The notes beneath the pieces are model-generated. The model was given only the letters and a program-made list of their open reading frames with translations. It was not told where the DNA came from and made no database searches. Positions 23,545 to 34,414 of a stretch of 64,000 nucleotides of DNA are shown piece by piece (the stretch's first letter is position 1; each line of letters starts with the position of its first letter). This DNA comes from Craspedostauros australis (lineage: Eukaryota), in the NCBI GenBank assembly GCA_030167865.1, contig JALAGF010000504.1, positions 62,001 to 126,000 of the forward strand, given 5' to 3'. Both the position numbers and the translations under genes were made by a program.

Positions 23545-25019
23545 CGTGTCTGTTTCTTTGCTTCTGCTTCTGCTTCTGTTTGCTCTCTTTGCTTTGCCTC
23601 TCTGTCTCTTTGTTTCGTTGGTGAGTGGTGGTGGGTTGGGGGGTATGATTATATAATATAATAGTATCGTCCTGTCGCTGGTGCGTTCTCTATTGGCAGA
23701 GACAAAGCACGCCCTCTGCGTATCTTTCTATCCGTGTGTATTCTATGGGTGTATATGCTATGAGTCTATATGCTATTGTATGAGTCTGGGCCATTGCTTG
23801 GGTCTGCGCTCGTCACTGTCAATCTCGTTTGCGATCCTCGCTTTGCGTTTGAATGATGCGGCTCTCGCCAATGATGATCCTGATACTGAAGGCGCTCTGT
23901 TGTTGACGTTGTTCTTGTTGCCGCAGCTCACTTCTCTCTTCTCTCTATTAGAATACGTATTAGGATGGATGATTCTCAGCTGCTTCGGCATGCAGACAGA
24001 GAGAATGAGACACAACTGAGTGGACCAAGAAACGAACGAACCGAAAGGCAATACGAGTGGAGTTGAGAAGAGCACGTGTCCTAATGGTAATGCTCCAGAG
24101 CTGGACACAAGAAGCAAAGGGTGGAGGCCCAACCAAGAAACCAAGATGCCCCACACGGAGTGAAGGAAACGAGGAACCACCAATGGAGGCACAGGCCCCA
24201 GCAGCTCGCAGAGCACAGCAACAAAGAACAAAAATCAAAGAAACGCCGACAGAGGGACACGACGACGTTGGCGATGTCGCATGGCAACAGTGAGAACGAC
24301 CAGCAACCGCAAAAACCACACAGGCAAGTGGAAATCGACAAGAAGAAAAATGATGGAGCACAAACAAGAAGAGTACGTGGACATGTGCAACCACACACCT
24401 GCCAACCAAATCATCGTATGCAGCCAGCCTCACAGGACTCGCCTCGTCGACATCTCATTGGTGCAACCGATTCAATCGTTTTTGGCCTGGGATTCGAGCA
24501 TTATTTGAATACGTCATCATGATGTCAGCAAATGTCGATCTCCAAGAGATTCGGCGAAGATCTGTCGAGTCCGTCCGTCTGTCGTTTCAATCATCCTTTC
24601 TGTTTGTGGTTGTAGTTGTCATTATTCGTTTGTCTGATTTGTGGATGTTTGGAGCACACGTCACTAGGAAACGAAGCTGTCTATGTTCGTTACATTGTCC
24701 GATATTATTTGTCTGTGTCATCGTTTTGTCCGTTCAGTTCGCAATTGGTACAAGAGAGTCCTTCATTTCAATTTGCGTCTACCTTTTGTAGTGAGTTAGT
24801 CCTAGTTTCCTTCGTGTCATTCAAACAAGCATGTCCTCAAGAACACTGTATCTATCAACAAATGTCAAGCACGACTTCTTCTTCAATAACATATAGGGAC
24901 ACGATAAATCACGGATCCTGACTCGCAATCCTAGTCATCTCAACTGGAGTCTGATGTGTCCAATCCAGGATCTTAGACAATGGATACCCCAGCTTAGGTT
25001 GTGCATGGCGTATCGACGC

Positions 25020-26030
25020 ACCAAAGACATTGAGGCTACACATGAACAGATAACCATAGATTGAGAAGTCACTGCACCCGAACAGTGTCTTCTCCCACCC
25101 AGCTCGCTGCCGTACCCTAAAGGGCTTGATCTCTCTTGGGAGCGTTTCCGTCTAGGCCAGTATTTGTATTTGCGGCCTTCAAGTAGCAGCAATATTGGCA
25201 ACGTCGTTGCTTTCCATCATCTTCCATGATCTGTGTGTGGACTTCATACACACCCATGGACCGATCCTCGCTCAACACTGGTTGAGTGCTGCTCATCCTT
25301 CTCTTCATTCTTGGAGATGATAGCCTCCAGAAGGGGACAGCAATGCATCCTAGAAAGCAAAAGACAATGACAGTTTTGGCGAGTTTGATGTGTGGGAAAA
25401 ACGTGTGATGTCGCCCACAATCCGCGTGTCACTGAGCAATCTCACTCCAGTCCCACATTCCAGATTTAATTCACGAGTACTTCAGCCTCGATATGTGATA
25501 AGATGGCAGGAAGAAGCATAAGACTTAAACCTGATCATTGGAAGCTGTGCTCAACAGCTTCCTAAAGACGCAAAGAAAATGGTATTGTACATGTAGATGT
25601 TGTTGTCAAAAATTAACATAACAAAAACTGAGAACGATAAACGATATATTATACCGTCTGGGTCATGAAGGGAGTACTTGGATGATCTCATGGACATGAT
25701 CTGCGCGCCTGTGTTTTGGGGTATCTGTCGTGCATTGCCCGTTTCGTCGTTCGAAGCATGGCTGTCTGTTTGTGTGCGTTCTGTTCATGTCTGTTGACTT
25801 TGAAGTTTCCACAAGAAAGACAATCGCGACAAGCCTAAATCTACGAGAGAGACATCCAAAACGACGTTGGCATTGCTGTACGACCTGTAATACTTCATGC
25901 TGCGGGTTGGTGCGACCGCTCCTGATGCGATTGGTACTTTGTACAGATATTCCATGTCGTGCCATGTTGTGCCAATGCCTCCATTTGAGATGAACGCAAC
26001 GAAACCCCACAGATCTGGCCAAATCATGGA
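25020..26030 (-). mobile_element. Decayed piggyBac-like transposase remnant (pseudogene)
   Basis: Frameshifted, stop-containing fragments appear in piggyBac order: WPDLWGFVAFISN..APTRSMKYYRSYSNANVVLD, RRYNISFIVLSFCYVNF*..FRKLLSTA, HTQIMEDDGKQRRCQYC and KTLFGCSDFSIYGYLFMC. The surrounding region is AT-richer and gene-free. No TIR or TSD identified. Confidence 0.4.
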
Positions 26031-26354
26031 AATACAAGTCGACCAGCATCATTGAGTTCCTCGAAAGAGATGCTCTCGGTGGCGACATGGGATTCTGATG
26101 AAACGACGAAAGTTGGCAACACGCTTGGGAGGCCACTGCCGATAATAGGAACGAGTTTGTGTTGAGTACTGCACACATATTTAGTCAATGGAAATATGCT
26201 TTGGCTAGTCTGCAATGCTCAGTATTAAAGTATCATCATGTACAGAGATCTCGGGTCCTCGTTTCTTTGGAGCACGCGATCAGAATCGTGGTGGCGTTGC
26301 ACTCGTACGGCATGGTGTGAAATCGGAAGACGCACTTACGGTCAGTTGGCAAAA

Positions 26355-28120
26355 TCAGTTCTTGCGATTGCCATTGTTGTTGCGTCGGCCCTTGCCTTTT
26401 GGTTGTTGTGCGTGGTTGTTGCCCCGAGCCTTGTTGCTGTTGTTGTTGCTGTTGTTATTGGAATTGCTGTTGCCTTTCCCCTTTCCGTTGACATTCCTTG
26501 CATTCTGCTTTGTTTGGTTCTGCTTCGCCGGAATGTCTTTCGGTGCGAGGGAAACGACTACCTGCATGCCGTTTGGAACCTGGTATCCTGCCCCTTCCAT
26601 GGCACTGACGGCGGCCTTGATCGCCTTCTTCGTTGGTGGTCTGACGAACACGGCGTTGGCAGAAGCAGCGCCTTTGCCTGCATCCTTCTTCGCTTTTCTG
26701 GAGTTGGTCGGAACCTTGACACGGCCGCCAGACGCCTTCTTTTGATTGATCTGCTTTGCCTTCACCGTCTTCTTTTCCTGTCGCGCGATCTCCCTCTTGA
26801 CATCCGCCTTCTTCGGCGTGGCGCTGCTAGCGATTCCACGTCGCGCATTGACAGCGGCTGCTCTCTTCGCCCTACCAGTTGCGATCGAGCGGACCGCGGT
26901 TGCTGGCTTCTTGGCGGCGGCGCGGGTTGACTTTTGCTGTTCCTGTCGTCTCGACTTGATCATGTCATCTGTTTCGATTGTTCAAAGCAAAGTAATGCGG
27001 CAGTGTTCAAACACATGTTGACGAACGCGGATGCAAAAGTACCAGGAACGATCGCCCAGACACACAAGTAGATGAACGAGAGAAGGGCAGAGCAGAGAAT
27101 TGAAGGTCCGAACAAAAATGATGCGTTTTTGTTGTTTGTTTGTGTTTGTTGGTGTGTGGGTGTGTCATACCGAGTGCAGAGAATTGAATGTAATCGTTGT
27201 GGGCGCGGAATGCATTTCAGATGATTCATGAGGTAGAATTGAAGATTGATCGAATCGAAGAGGAATGGTGAGCATCATTTTGCACTTGGCATTTGATATT
27301 TGGCATTAGGCGTCCGGCAGTGTAGAGAGCTGTAGGACAGGCATTTAATTCTCTCGCAGCGAGATGCGCAGTGCGAGTGAATGGGTGACGCAAATTCATC
27401 ATTGAAGGCGTGCGTCGATGCATTGGCAATTGCTTGTGGGGCGAGAATCGACCAAGGTGGACGTGGACGACCAATCCACGATAGAAGGCGCAGAGCGCTG
27501 GGCAGAGAGCGCGACTGATACGCGCTGTGTTCGCTTGGGCTTGACAGGTTGGATGGAAGAGTCGGGGAGCGTGCTTTTTACTGGAGATGTCGCACAGACT
27601 TCTTTCTGCCCTACTGATCTGTCGGCTCTGCCCAGATACCACGCCATGCCATGCGCACAATCTTGCGTGCGGTTTTGCTGGCTTGCGGCTGTTGTTGGTC
27701 GTCACGACTTCTCACTTTCGCGTTAGCCTTGAGTTTCGCCTTGCGCCAGTGCTAATTCGTGCTTGTGGCAGCGACGCATGACGCCATGCCAAGTCATTGC
27801 CGTGCCCATTTGTGCGGTTGAATAGATCAATGAATATATTCGAATGAATGTCTGTGCGTCATGCAGTATAGCACGAGCATGTCGAAGCCAAGTAGCAAGT
27901 CGAGAGCGGACCATGCATTCATTCATTCAGCGTCGTCGAAGTCCATCATTGGACGAGATGCGGATCGATGTGGGATCGAGATGCGGTGGGGATTCGCATT
28001 TGATTGCAAACCCCTGCGCGTTTGAGGGAACATACCGAGAGACATCTCCACGTCGGCGTTCTTCGTGGTTGATGAGGTGCCGACGGAGAAAGCAGCTTGT
28101 GGAACGCCCATGAGAGTCAT
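26355..28120 (-). CDS. Basic K/R/A-rich protein with N-terminal UAP56-binding motif (ALYREF/UIF/CHTOP-like mRNA-export adaptor candidate); 2 coding exons
   Basis: Exon 28120 (or 28111)-28036 (..KNADVEMSL) plus exon 26968-26355 (DDMIKSRR..) splice via GTATGT..CAG to give VEMSLDDMIK, matching the LDMSLDDII UBM. No RRM is visible. Confidence 0.72.
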
Positions 28121-28488
28121 GATGGTGTGTTGATATTGTTATTTCTGTTGGTTCTGTTGGTGTTAATGGTTGTGAGGTGGGATAGGATGGAATGAGATGC
28201 TGCGATGATACGACGATGCGTCTTTCAGGAGGAGTGTGGTGAGAGAAATGGTTCGATCTGCTGTGCTGATCTGAAACCTTGATGTTGCGATTGTGTGTGT
28301 TCAAACAATCAACGCGCAGGGTAGAAATGAGGCTCTGTAGTTGCTGTTTGCGGATGTCTGTTGTTGTTTGCGATGAGGCGAAGGTTTGTAAAGTTTGAGT
28401 GTGTGCTCTGCGTTGGTGTACCTGTTTGACCTCTGTGCGGATTTGTGTCAAGGCGTTGAGGTGATGAAGGGATGAAGATCTGCTGTCG

Positions 28489-28540
28489 CGTCGTTTCGTC
28501 TTGTGTCGTTTCGTCTTGTGTCGTTTCGTCTTGTGTCGTG
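28489..28540. repeat. 15-bp tandem repeat (GTCGTTTCGTCTTGT)x3 in a divergent promoter/5' leader
   Basis: Read directly from the sequence. Confidence 0.8.
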
Positions 28541-29087
28541 TGGTTTTGTGTGTTGCTGCCCGTTGTGTTGGGCGGGATTGGTTTCTTCATGTTCTTGGTG
28601 TCAGCGGCGTGGTTGTGTTTGGCGCGTTGTTTCGTTTTCGCAACGCGCACATTTTCGCGCACTCGCATGTTGGTCGTTCTGGTCAAAAAAGTCATTGCAA
28701 TGACTTTGTCGGAGAAAGGAGACTTCGCCGACTTCTCTCAATACAGTCGATATTACGTCTGTCCGCTAACACGATGCTGATCCTGTCAGAATAGGGACTA
28801 ATTCGTGAACAAACTTGGCGCAACACAGAAACACGGCAGAAACACAGCAGCGAGACCTCGACCATGGCCAACCAGCCGTTCGCGCCGATCCACCAAGAAA
28901 GATGGAGCGACACATCAACGCGGTACTGCCACCGCCGGATTGGATTCCGAGAAACCTGGCATCTCACTGGCCTCATCACTGATTTCATCAGCGTTTCGAT
29001 TGATTAGGTGCCCTCCAACCAGGCCCATCGTGAACGTGAGGCAGATAAGCAGAGAGACAGCGCAAAGGTCAAGGCAACAGCTCCAAG

Positions 29088-30073
29088 ATGCTGTCATCAA
29101 TGAATGCGTTCTCGCGCTTTGCCACCAGGACGATGGCGGCGAGATCGGCACAGGCCTCGTCGGCATGGGCAAGTCCGCGTGCAAATGGACAAATACCCGC
29201 CGTGGGATCATCGTGGTTAGGTCCTCAATGGAGCATCGTGGCCAACAACGTAGCAATCCGCACGTTTGCGAGCAAGAAGGTCAGTGGGTTGGCGGGCCCG
29301 ATTGACTCGGAAATGCAATGCACTGCATTGATTGGTGTGGAGTATCTGGCCACCACACTGCATCATCGCATAATATGATGTTCATGTACACTCTGGGGCA
29401 CAACGGCGACTTCCCAACCGCGCTCTCTGCCACATCAGGTCATACAATCACGATTTAGTGCGATGACGAGGAAGCACGAATTGTCTGCATACCATGCGAT
29501 ATGCGCCGGGTGACTCCTCGAAGGAGGAGATCGATCGCTACTTCGTCGCCTCCCATCTATCCATGTCGCCCCGACACATACCATGCCATATTCTTCTGTT
29601 GCCTCCTCATCCATCGCTCACGATAATCTCCCTGCGATCGCCCTGCCTCGTTCGTTTCTCCCCTCCGCTCTACTTGGCTCGACTCGGACTCTTCTAACAT
29701 TCCCCTACGCTCATGCATTCCACTCAACGGGGCTCTCGCGCAGCACAAGAATCTCCTGAAGCACTCCAAGGGCTTCCGTGGACGAGCCAAGAACTGTTAC
29801 AGCATCGCCGTCAGAGCAGTCCACAAATCATGGCAACACGCCTACCGCGGGCGTAAACTCAAAAAGAGGGAATACCACAAGCTGTGGATTCAGAGAATCA
29901 ACGCCGGGGTCAAGCAGTACTCGTGGAATTACTCCACCTTCATTGGCTCGCTCAGAAAGTCGGACCTCAAGCTCGATCGCAAGGTGCTGGCCGACCTGGC
30001 TGCGACTGAGCCATTCGCATTCAAGTCCGTCGTGCAGGTCATTGGTCAAACCACCAAGAGGGCAGCGCCATAG
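29088..30073 (+). CDS. MRPL20: Mitochondrial ribosomal protein bL20m; 2 exons
   Basis: Exon 29088-29279 encodes a presequence ending IRTFASKK. Exon 29744-30073, translated by hand, reads HKNLLKHSKGFRGRAKNCYSIAVRAVHKSWQHAYRGRKLKKREYHKLWIQRINAG...LDRKVLADLAATEPFAFKSVV, a classic L20. Confidence 0.95.
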
Positions 30074-30379
30074 GACACATCAATAACAAACTATGCTCCA
30101 ATCAGCACTCCCATCAGTACTCGATTTGTTCCCTCCAGGAACAACACCGCATGTGGCCTCAATGCTGTTGCAATGGATAGGCCAATGTAACGACAACAGC
30201 AATAGTCAGCAATAGTAGTAGCAACCAGCAAGGAATGATAAGAGTGTTCCGCAAGATTCCATACTCTAAGTACAATTCTGATGGGGTGCGTTGCTCTCTG
30301 GTTCACCAATTTTACACATTCGTTACACTGTGCAGTGCCCTACTGTTGTTGTAAAGGGATGGAGCATCTCAGTCTCTTC

Positions 30380-33300
30380 TCAAAAGCTCGCAGTCGCATC
30401 CATGCTGCAGGGCAGGACGCCGCAGTGCGCTCGGATGGAGATCTTGGTACCATCGCCTTGCTTCCAACGAACGTGCTTCGGTTTGCTTTTTGAAACCGCG
30501 CCGACAGCTGCGGGGGCCTTCACAACGAGGGCAGAGCTGTGGATCTGCATGGGCTCATTCATGATCTGCTGATTGCTAGCGTTGCCGTGCATGGGGGACG
30601 CAATGCCCGTGGTGCTAGTGACGGTGTGAGAGGATGGTATTAGCTTCAGGATTGGAGCCGGTCGTTTTGACTTCGCATTCCTGCTGTTGACAGACGCGGA
30701 GCTACTATCCGTTTCAAACAGACTGTGCGATTCGCGAAGCTCCCGGCGCCTGGCAGGCTGTCGTTCCGTCGGATAGCTGTTGGCCTGCGCGATCTGCTGC
30801 CTCAGGCTCTGACGTCTGATCGCTGGTTCAGAGGGAGTCGATGGGATCTCCTCGATCGATTTCATGCGATCCACCCGTCGCCTCGTCCTGGTAAGCACAC
30901 GTGAATTATCTTCCGACTCGCTGGAGCTGTCGTAGGACTTGATGGGATTGTCGCTTGAACCTTGGTGCCTCAAGCTGCGGTTTGTATCCCCGAATGAATC
31001 GCCCGCGCCTCGCATCCTGCTAATTTCGAGATAGTCGTGTTGCATCGTGTCATGATGTGCATACGTTTGTAAATCTTTGGTCACTGCTGCATGATCACCG
31101 AGACCAGCATCAGCGTTTGCATTAGCAGCAGCACCAACATCAAAATCACCAGTAACACTCGCAGTTACATTCGCGTGAACATCAGCAACATTGCGATCCA
31201 CAGCGGAGTTGTTGACGCTGGGGCCGTTGCCGATGATCTCTTCGTCATCCTTGTCGAGACGGATGATGCCACCACGGAGGCTGGCAGCATTCGCCGACGA
31301 CAGCGGCATGATCGATGGCCCATCGCCAGTATCAACGTCAACGCCAACGTCGCCGTCACCATCAACGTCGCCATCGTCACCGCTGAACTGGATGAACCCT
31401 GCCGCGCCGTACGCACCACGTGATGTCATGTTCGACATGGACAACGCAATATCATGTGGGTTGCCGTCGAAGAGCGCGTCTCCGTCTGGACGGCTGGCCA
31501 GATCATGAACGTGGAGGATGTCATTGAGGTTGTGGATATTGTGAATCGAGCCGTTGTCGGCATCAGGTTCTTCCTCGACTCGGATGATGCCATCTGGGAG
31601 CTGGACGAGTTTGACGGTAGGGGGCGATGGTATCGCCGATTTGAAGGACCCCTGTGAGCGCGTCGCAGACGACGCCTCTGCATTTGTGATGTGGGACGTC
31701 TGGGGCGCATTCGTATCCGCAGCAATCGGCGTCACGTCGATGATGGTGTGAATGTCTGCTTTTGCGTTTGCCTCTGCCTCTGCGGCGGCTGCGGCTGCGG
31801 CTGCTGCTGCTGCCGCATTTTGCAACCTCATCTTTTCTTCATTCAGTGCTGCTCGTGTGTGACGCAGAGCCGTGATGAACGTGCTCTCCGCATCATCGGC
31901 CTTCTTGTGAAAGTGTTGGCGGATGGTGGCGATGTCACCAACAAGTCGCTGGTTCGACTTTTCCAGATTCTGCGAGAAGTTGTACACCTGATTCACTCTG
32001 GTGGCCAAGGTCCTGGCCTTCTCTGATTCATGCGATGACAGCACTGACTCGGTCTCGTGCCGTGACGCATCGCCACTAGTCATGTTTCCGCCTGATAGTT
32101 GCGGTGCGACTGGATCTTCTCTCCTGATGGGAGATACTGGCAAAAAGCGAAGTCGTGGCAGACGTGTGGCATCATCGCTTTCCGGAACCACATGATCGGC
32201 TCTGGTGTTCTTCATCACCGGCGTCTCTTCTGTGATGAACTTGTCATTGTCTTCGTTGGCCAAGAACATGGATCTGCCACCTCGTGAATTCTGCTGATGC
32301 TGTTCCTGCTGCGGAAATTGTTGCGGAGGCTGTCGCTGCTGCCTTGGCGGTGGATTCTGATGATGCTGCAGCCGTTGGGCAAGCAAAGGGTACCGTGCTG
32401 ATTTTGGTGGCTGCGACGTACCATCCGCAACACAAGAGAGCGGGGTGGGAGCATCGTGCAAGGGAGTTGTTGTCCTATCCCTTTGATTCTCCAGCATTTC
32501 CTTCCTGTTCTGGGGGAACTTCGACTCCAGCAATCGCAGCAAGCGTTCTGGTGTTTTTGATGGAGATTTCGACGATGACCTCGGTGGGTCGGGCTCGTTG
32601 GTCTGGACGGAGCCCGAGAGCACCGGTACGTCTGGTCCATACGAATCCATGGACGCCTCCCCAAATCTTCCGACCGGGCCACCATCCTGCAGTCGACTCG
32701 TATCAAGACGGATGCTGTGATCAGCGTTCAAAGACCGCTTGTTGGGAGAGAGACTGCGTGCAATCCGCGATCGCAACAGGCCTGACCCTGTTTCACTCTG
32801 GCGTTGTTCAGGGAGCTGCATTGTTCGGTGTGAATCGATGGCATAGAGTCGCTGATTGATAGTGGCAGCAGCAGCTGTGCCGCGGCAGATGTCAATGTTG
32901 GTGCGATTGGCGCTGGTCCCAGCGTCACCCGCTGGTGGGTCTCTTCGAACAGATACTGGCTTTGATCGTGCGAAAGAGGAGACGAACGAGCGCGAACGCT
33001 TTGGTGTGAATTCGTTGTGCTCGTACGACCGGATGGGGGCATCCGGGTCTGATCCCATCCCTTCCGGTGCATCATGATGCAACCGTCTGCCGTGTCCATG
33101 ATCGGTATGTGATCCCATCTGCTTCTTCAATCGATGGATCAAAAAGTCACGACTGTGCACTGAGGAGTTGGCAGCAGTTGCTTCCGCCAGCGCAGGAGTT
33201 GCCACTTCCTCCTCCTCCTCCACGTTGATCGGAACGTCTGCTTTCCCAGCGCCGGGGTGCTCGTCTTGTATTCTTGGAGAGGTTCTCGGAGGGAGATCCT

Positions 33301-34414
33301 GATGACCTTGCCATGCTTCGTTCGGAGCAGCGCGGTGGATATCGTTGTGACGAATATCTTCATTGACTGTCGCCGCGCCAGGTGCGTTCATTTCCAGGTA
33401 GGACGTCTCATGATGAGGCCTGCATTGATTTCCATTTTCTTGTCCATTTCCAATTGCAAGTCTATGCCCATGCAGCTGTTCGTGGACGTTAGCCTGGAAG
33501 TCATCAAAGGTATGATCCATTTCATCGGTGCGGGAAACATGTGACGTATCATGGTGCTGGTGGTGACGATGGTGGTCATGCAGCTCTTGATTACCGGATG
33601 CGTACAATTTCGAATGATCCTCCTGATACCGTTCGAGAACGGGCAACAGAGCCTGGTCGAATTCTATGCCATGCCCTGCCTCATCGTGAGGTTCATCTTC
33701 AGCAGTCGGCGATCGGATCTTGTGATTTGTTCGCACCAACTTATCCAGCACACCCTCGTACTTGGAGAACATCTCCACCAACTGCTTCACGTCGTCAGGT
33801 TCCAACATGCCCCCGTCGGCGGCACCACCCTGCGCGGCACCATGTGGAATGGGATCATCCCGTTGCCGCCTGGCCTCGATCCTTGTCAACGTCTCTTGGA
33901 GGTGATGAGATCGTTCGAACGTGCAAGCCTTACGTTGCGATTGCTTCTGATGCTTGCTGCGGCTGCGTCTTTGCCGTCTTCCCGAACCATGCCGAGGCCA
34001 TCGCACCTGCGCCTGTGGCTGCGCATACGCATGCGATGGTGCAATTCGCTCCGTGTTTGCAGGAGCCTTGCTGTTCGATGGAGGTGCTTGTCGATTGTTC
34101 TGGAATGGTATCTGATGCGAATGGACGTGCGGATGGACGTGCGGATGAACGTGGCCACGATGATGTCCCCACTTAGTTGAAGCGGCTGCGGTTGCGGTCC
34201 CGGCCACGCGATCGCGATGCCGTACGTGCGGAATAGAGCCAGGATTGCCGTTGAGGTTGGCGTTCGTTCTGGGACCGAGCACCTGATGTCTGTTGTAGAC
34301 ATAATCACTTGCAAGAGACTGCGTCAGGCTGCTCGTCGTTCTCACAAGGGCATCTGGTCGGATCCCCTCCGGAGGATGCCTCCCGTCGTTGGCACGGCGA
34401 GTCTGCATCGGCAT
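30380..34414 (-). CDS. Large, mostly disordered uncharacterised protein with coiled-coil segments
   Basis: About 4-kb stop-free ORF, likely start MPMQTRR at 34414. His/Gln/Ala/Asp low-complexity tracts and a heptad-like stretch EKARTLATRVNQV..ALNEEKMRLQN. Confidence 0.7.
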   Translation of the reverse strand: MPMQTRRANDGRHPPEGIRPDALVRTTSSLTQSLASDYVYNRHQVLGPRTNANLNGNPGSIPHVRHRDRVAGTATAAASTKWGHHRGHVHPHVHPHVHSHQIPFQNNRQAPPSNSKAPANTERIAPSHAYAQPQAQVRWPRHGSGRRQRRSRSKHQKQSQRKACTFERSHHLQETLTRIEARRQRDDPIPHGAAQGGAADGGMLEPDDVKQLVEMFSKYEGVLDKLVRTNHKIRSPTAEDEPHDEAGHGIEFDQALLPVLERYQEDHSKLYASGNQELHDHHRHHQHHDTSHVSRTDEMDHTFDDFQANVHEQLHGHRLAIGNGQENGNQCRPHHETSYLEMNAPGAATVNEDIRHNDIHRAAPNEAWQGHQDLPPRTSPRIQDEHPGAGKADVPINVEEEEEVATPALAEATAANSSVHSRDFLIHRLKKQMGSHTDHGHGRRLHHDAPEGMGSDPDAPIRSYEHNEFTPKRSRSFVSSFARSKPVSVRRDPPAGDAGTSANRTNIDICRGTAAAATINQRLYAIDSHRTMQLPEQRQSETGSGLLRSRIARSLSPNKRSLNADHSIRLDTSRLQDGGPVGRFGEASMDSYGPDVPVLSGSVQTNEPDPPRSSSKSPSKTPERLLRLLESKFPQNRKEMLENQRDRTTTPLHDAPTPLSCVADGTSQPPKSARYPLLAQRLQHHQNPPPRQQRQPPQQFPQQEQHQQNSRGGRSMFLANEDNDKFITEETPVMKNTRADHVVPESDDATRLPRLRFLPVSPIRREDPVAPQLSGGNMTSGDASRHETESVLSSHESEKARTLATRVNQVYNFSQNLEKSNQRLVGDIATIRQHFHKKADDAESTFITALRHTRAALNEEKMRLQNAAAAAAAAAAAAEAEANAKADIHTIIDVTPIAADTNAPQTSHITNAEASSATRSQGSFKSAIPSPPTVKLVQLPDGIIRVEEEPDADNGSIHNIHNLNDILHVHDLASRPDGDALFDGNPHDIALSMSNMTSRGAYGAAGFIQFSGDDGDVDGDGDVGVDVDTGDGPSIMPLSSANAASLRGGIIRLDKDDEEIIGNGPSVNNSAVDRNVADVHANVTASVTGDFDVGAAANANADAGLGDHAAVTKDLQTYAHHDTMQHDYLEISRMRGAGDSFGDTNRSLRHQGSSDNPIKSYDSSSESEDNSRVLTRTRRRVDRMKSIEEIPSTPSEPAIRRQSLRQQIAQANSYPTERQPARRRELRESHSLFETDSSSASVNSRNAKSKRPAPILKLIPSSHTVTSTTGIASPMHGNASNQQIMNEPMQIHSSALVVKAPAAVGAVSKSKPKHVRWKQGDGTKISIRAHCGVLPCSMDATASF

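Noticed and set aside
26355-26963. Histone H1 call for the K/A-rich ORF
   Set aside because: No winged-helix globular domain, and splicing to the upstream exon yields a UAP56-binding motif instead.
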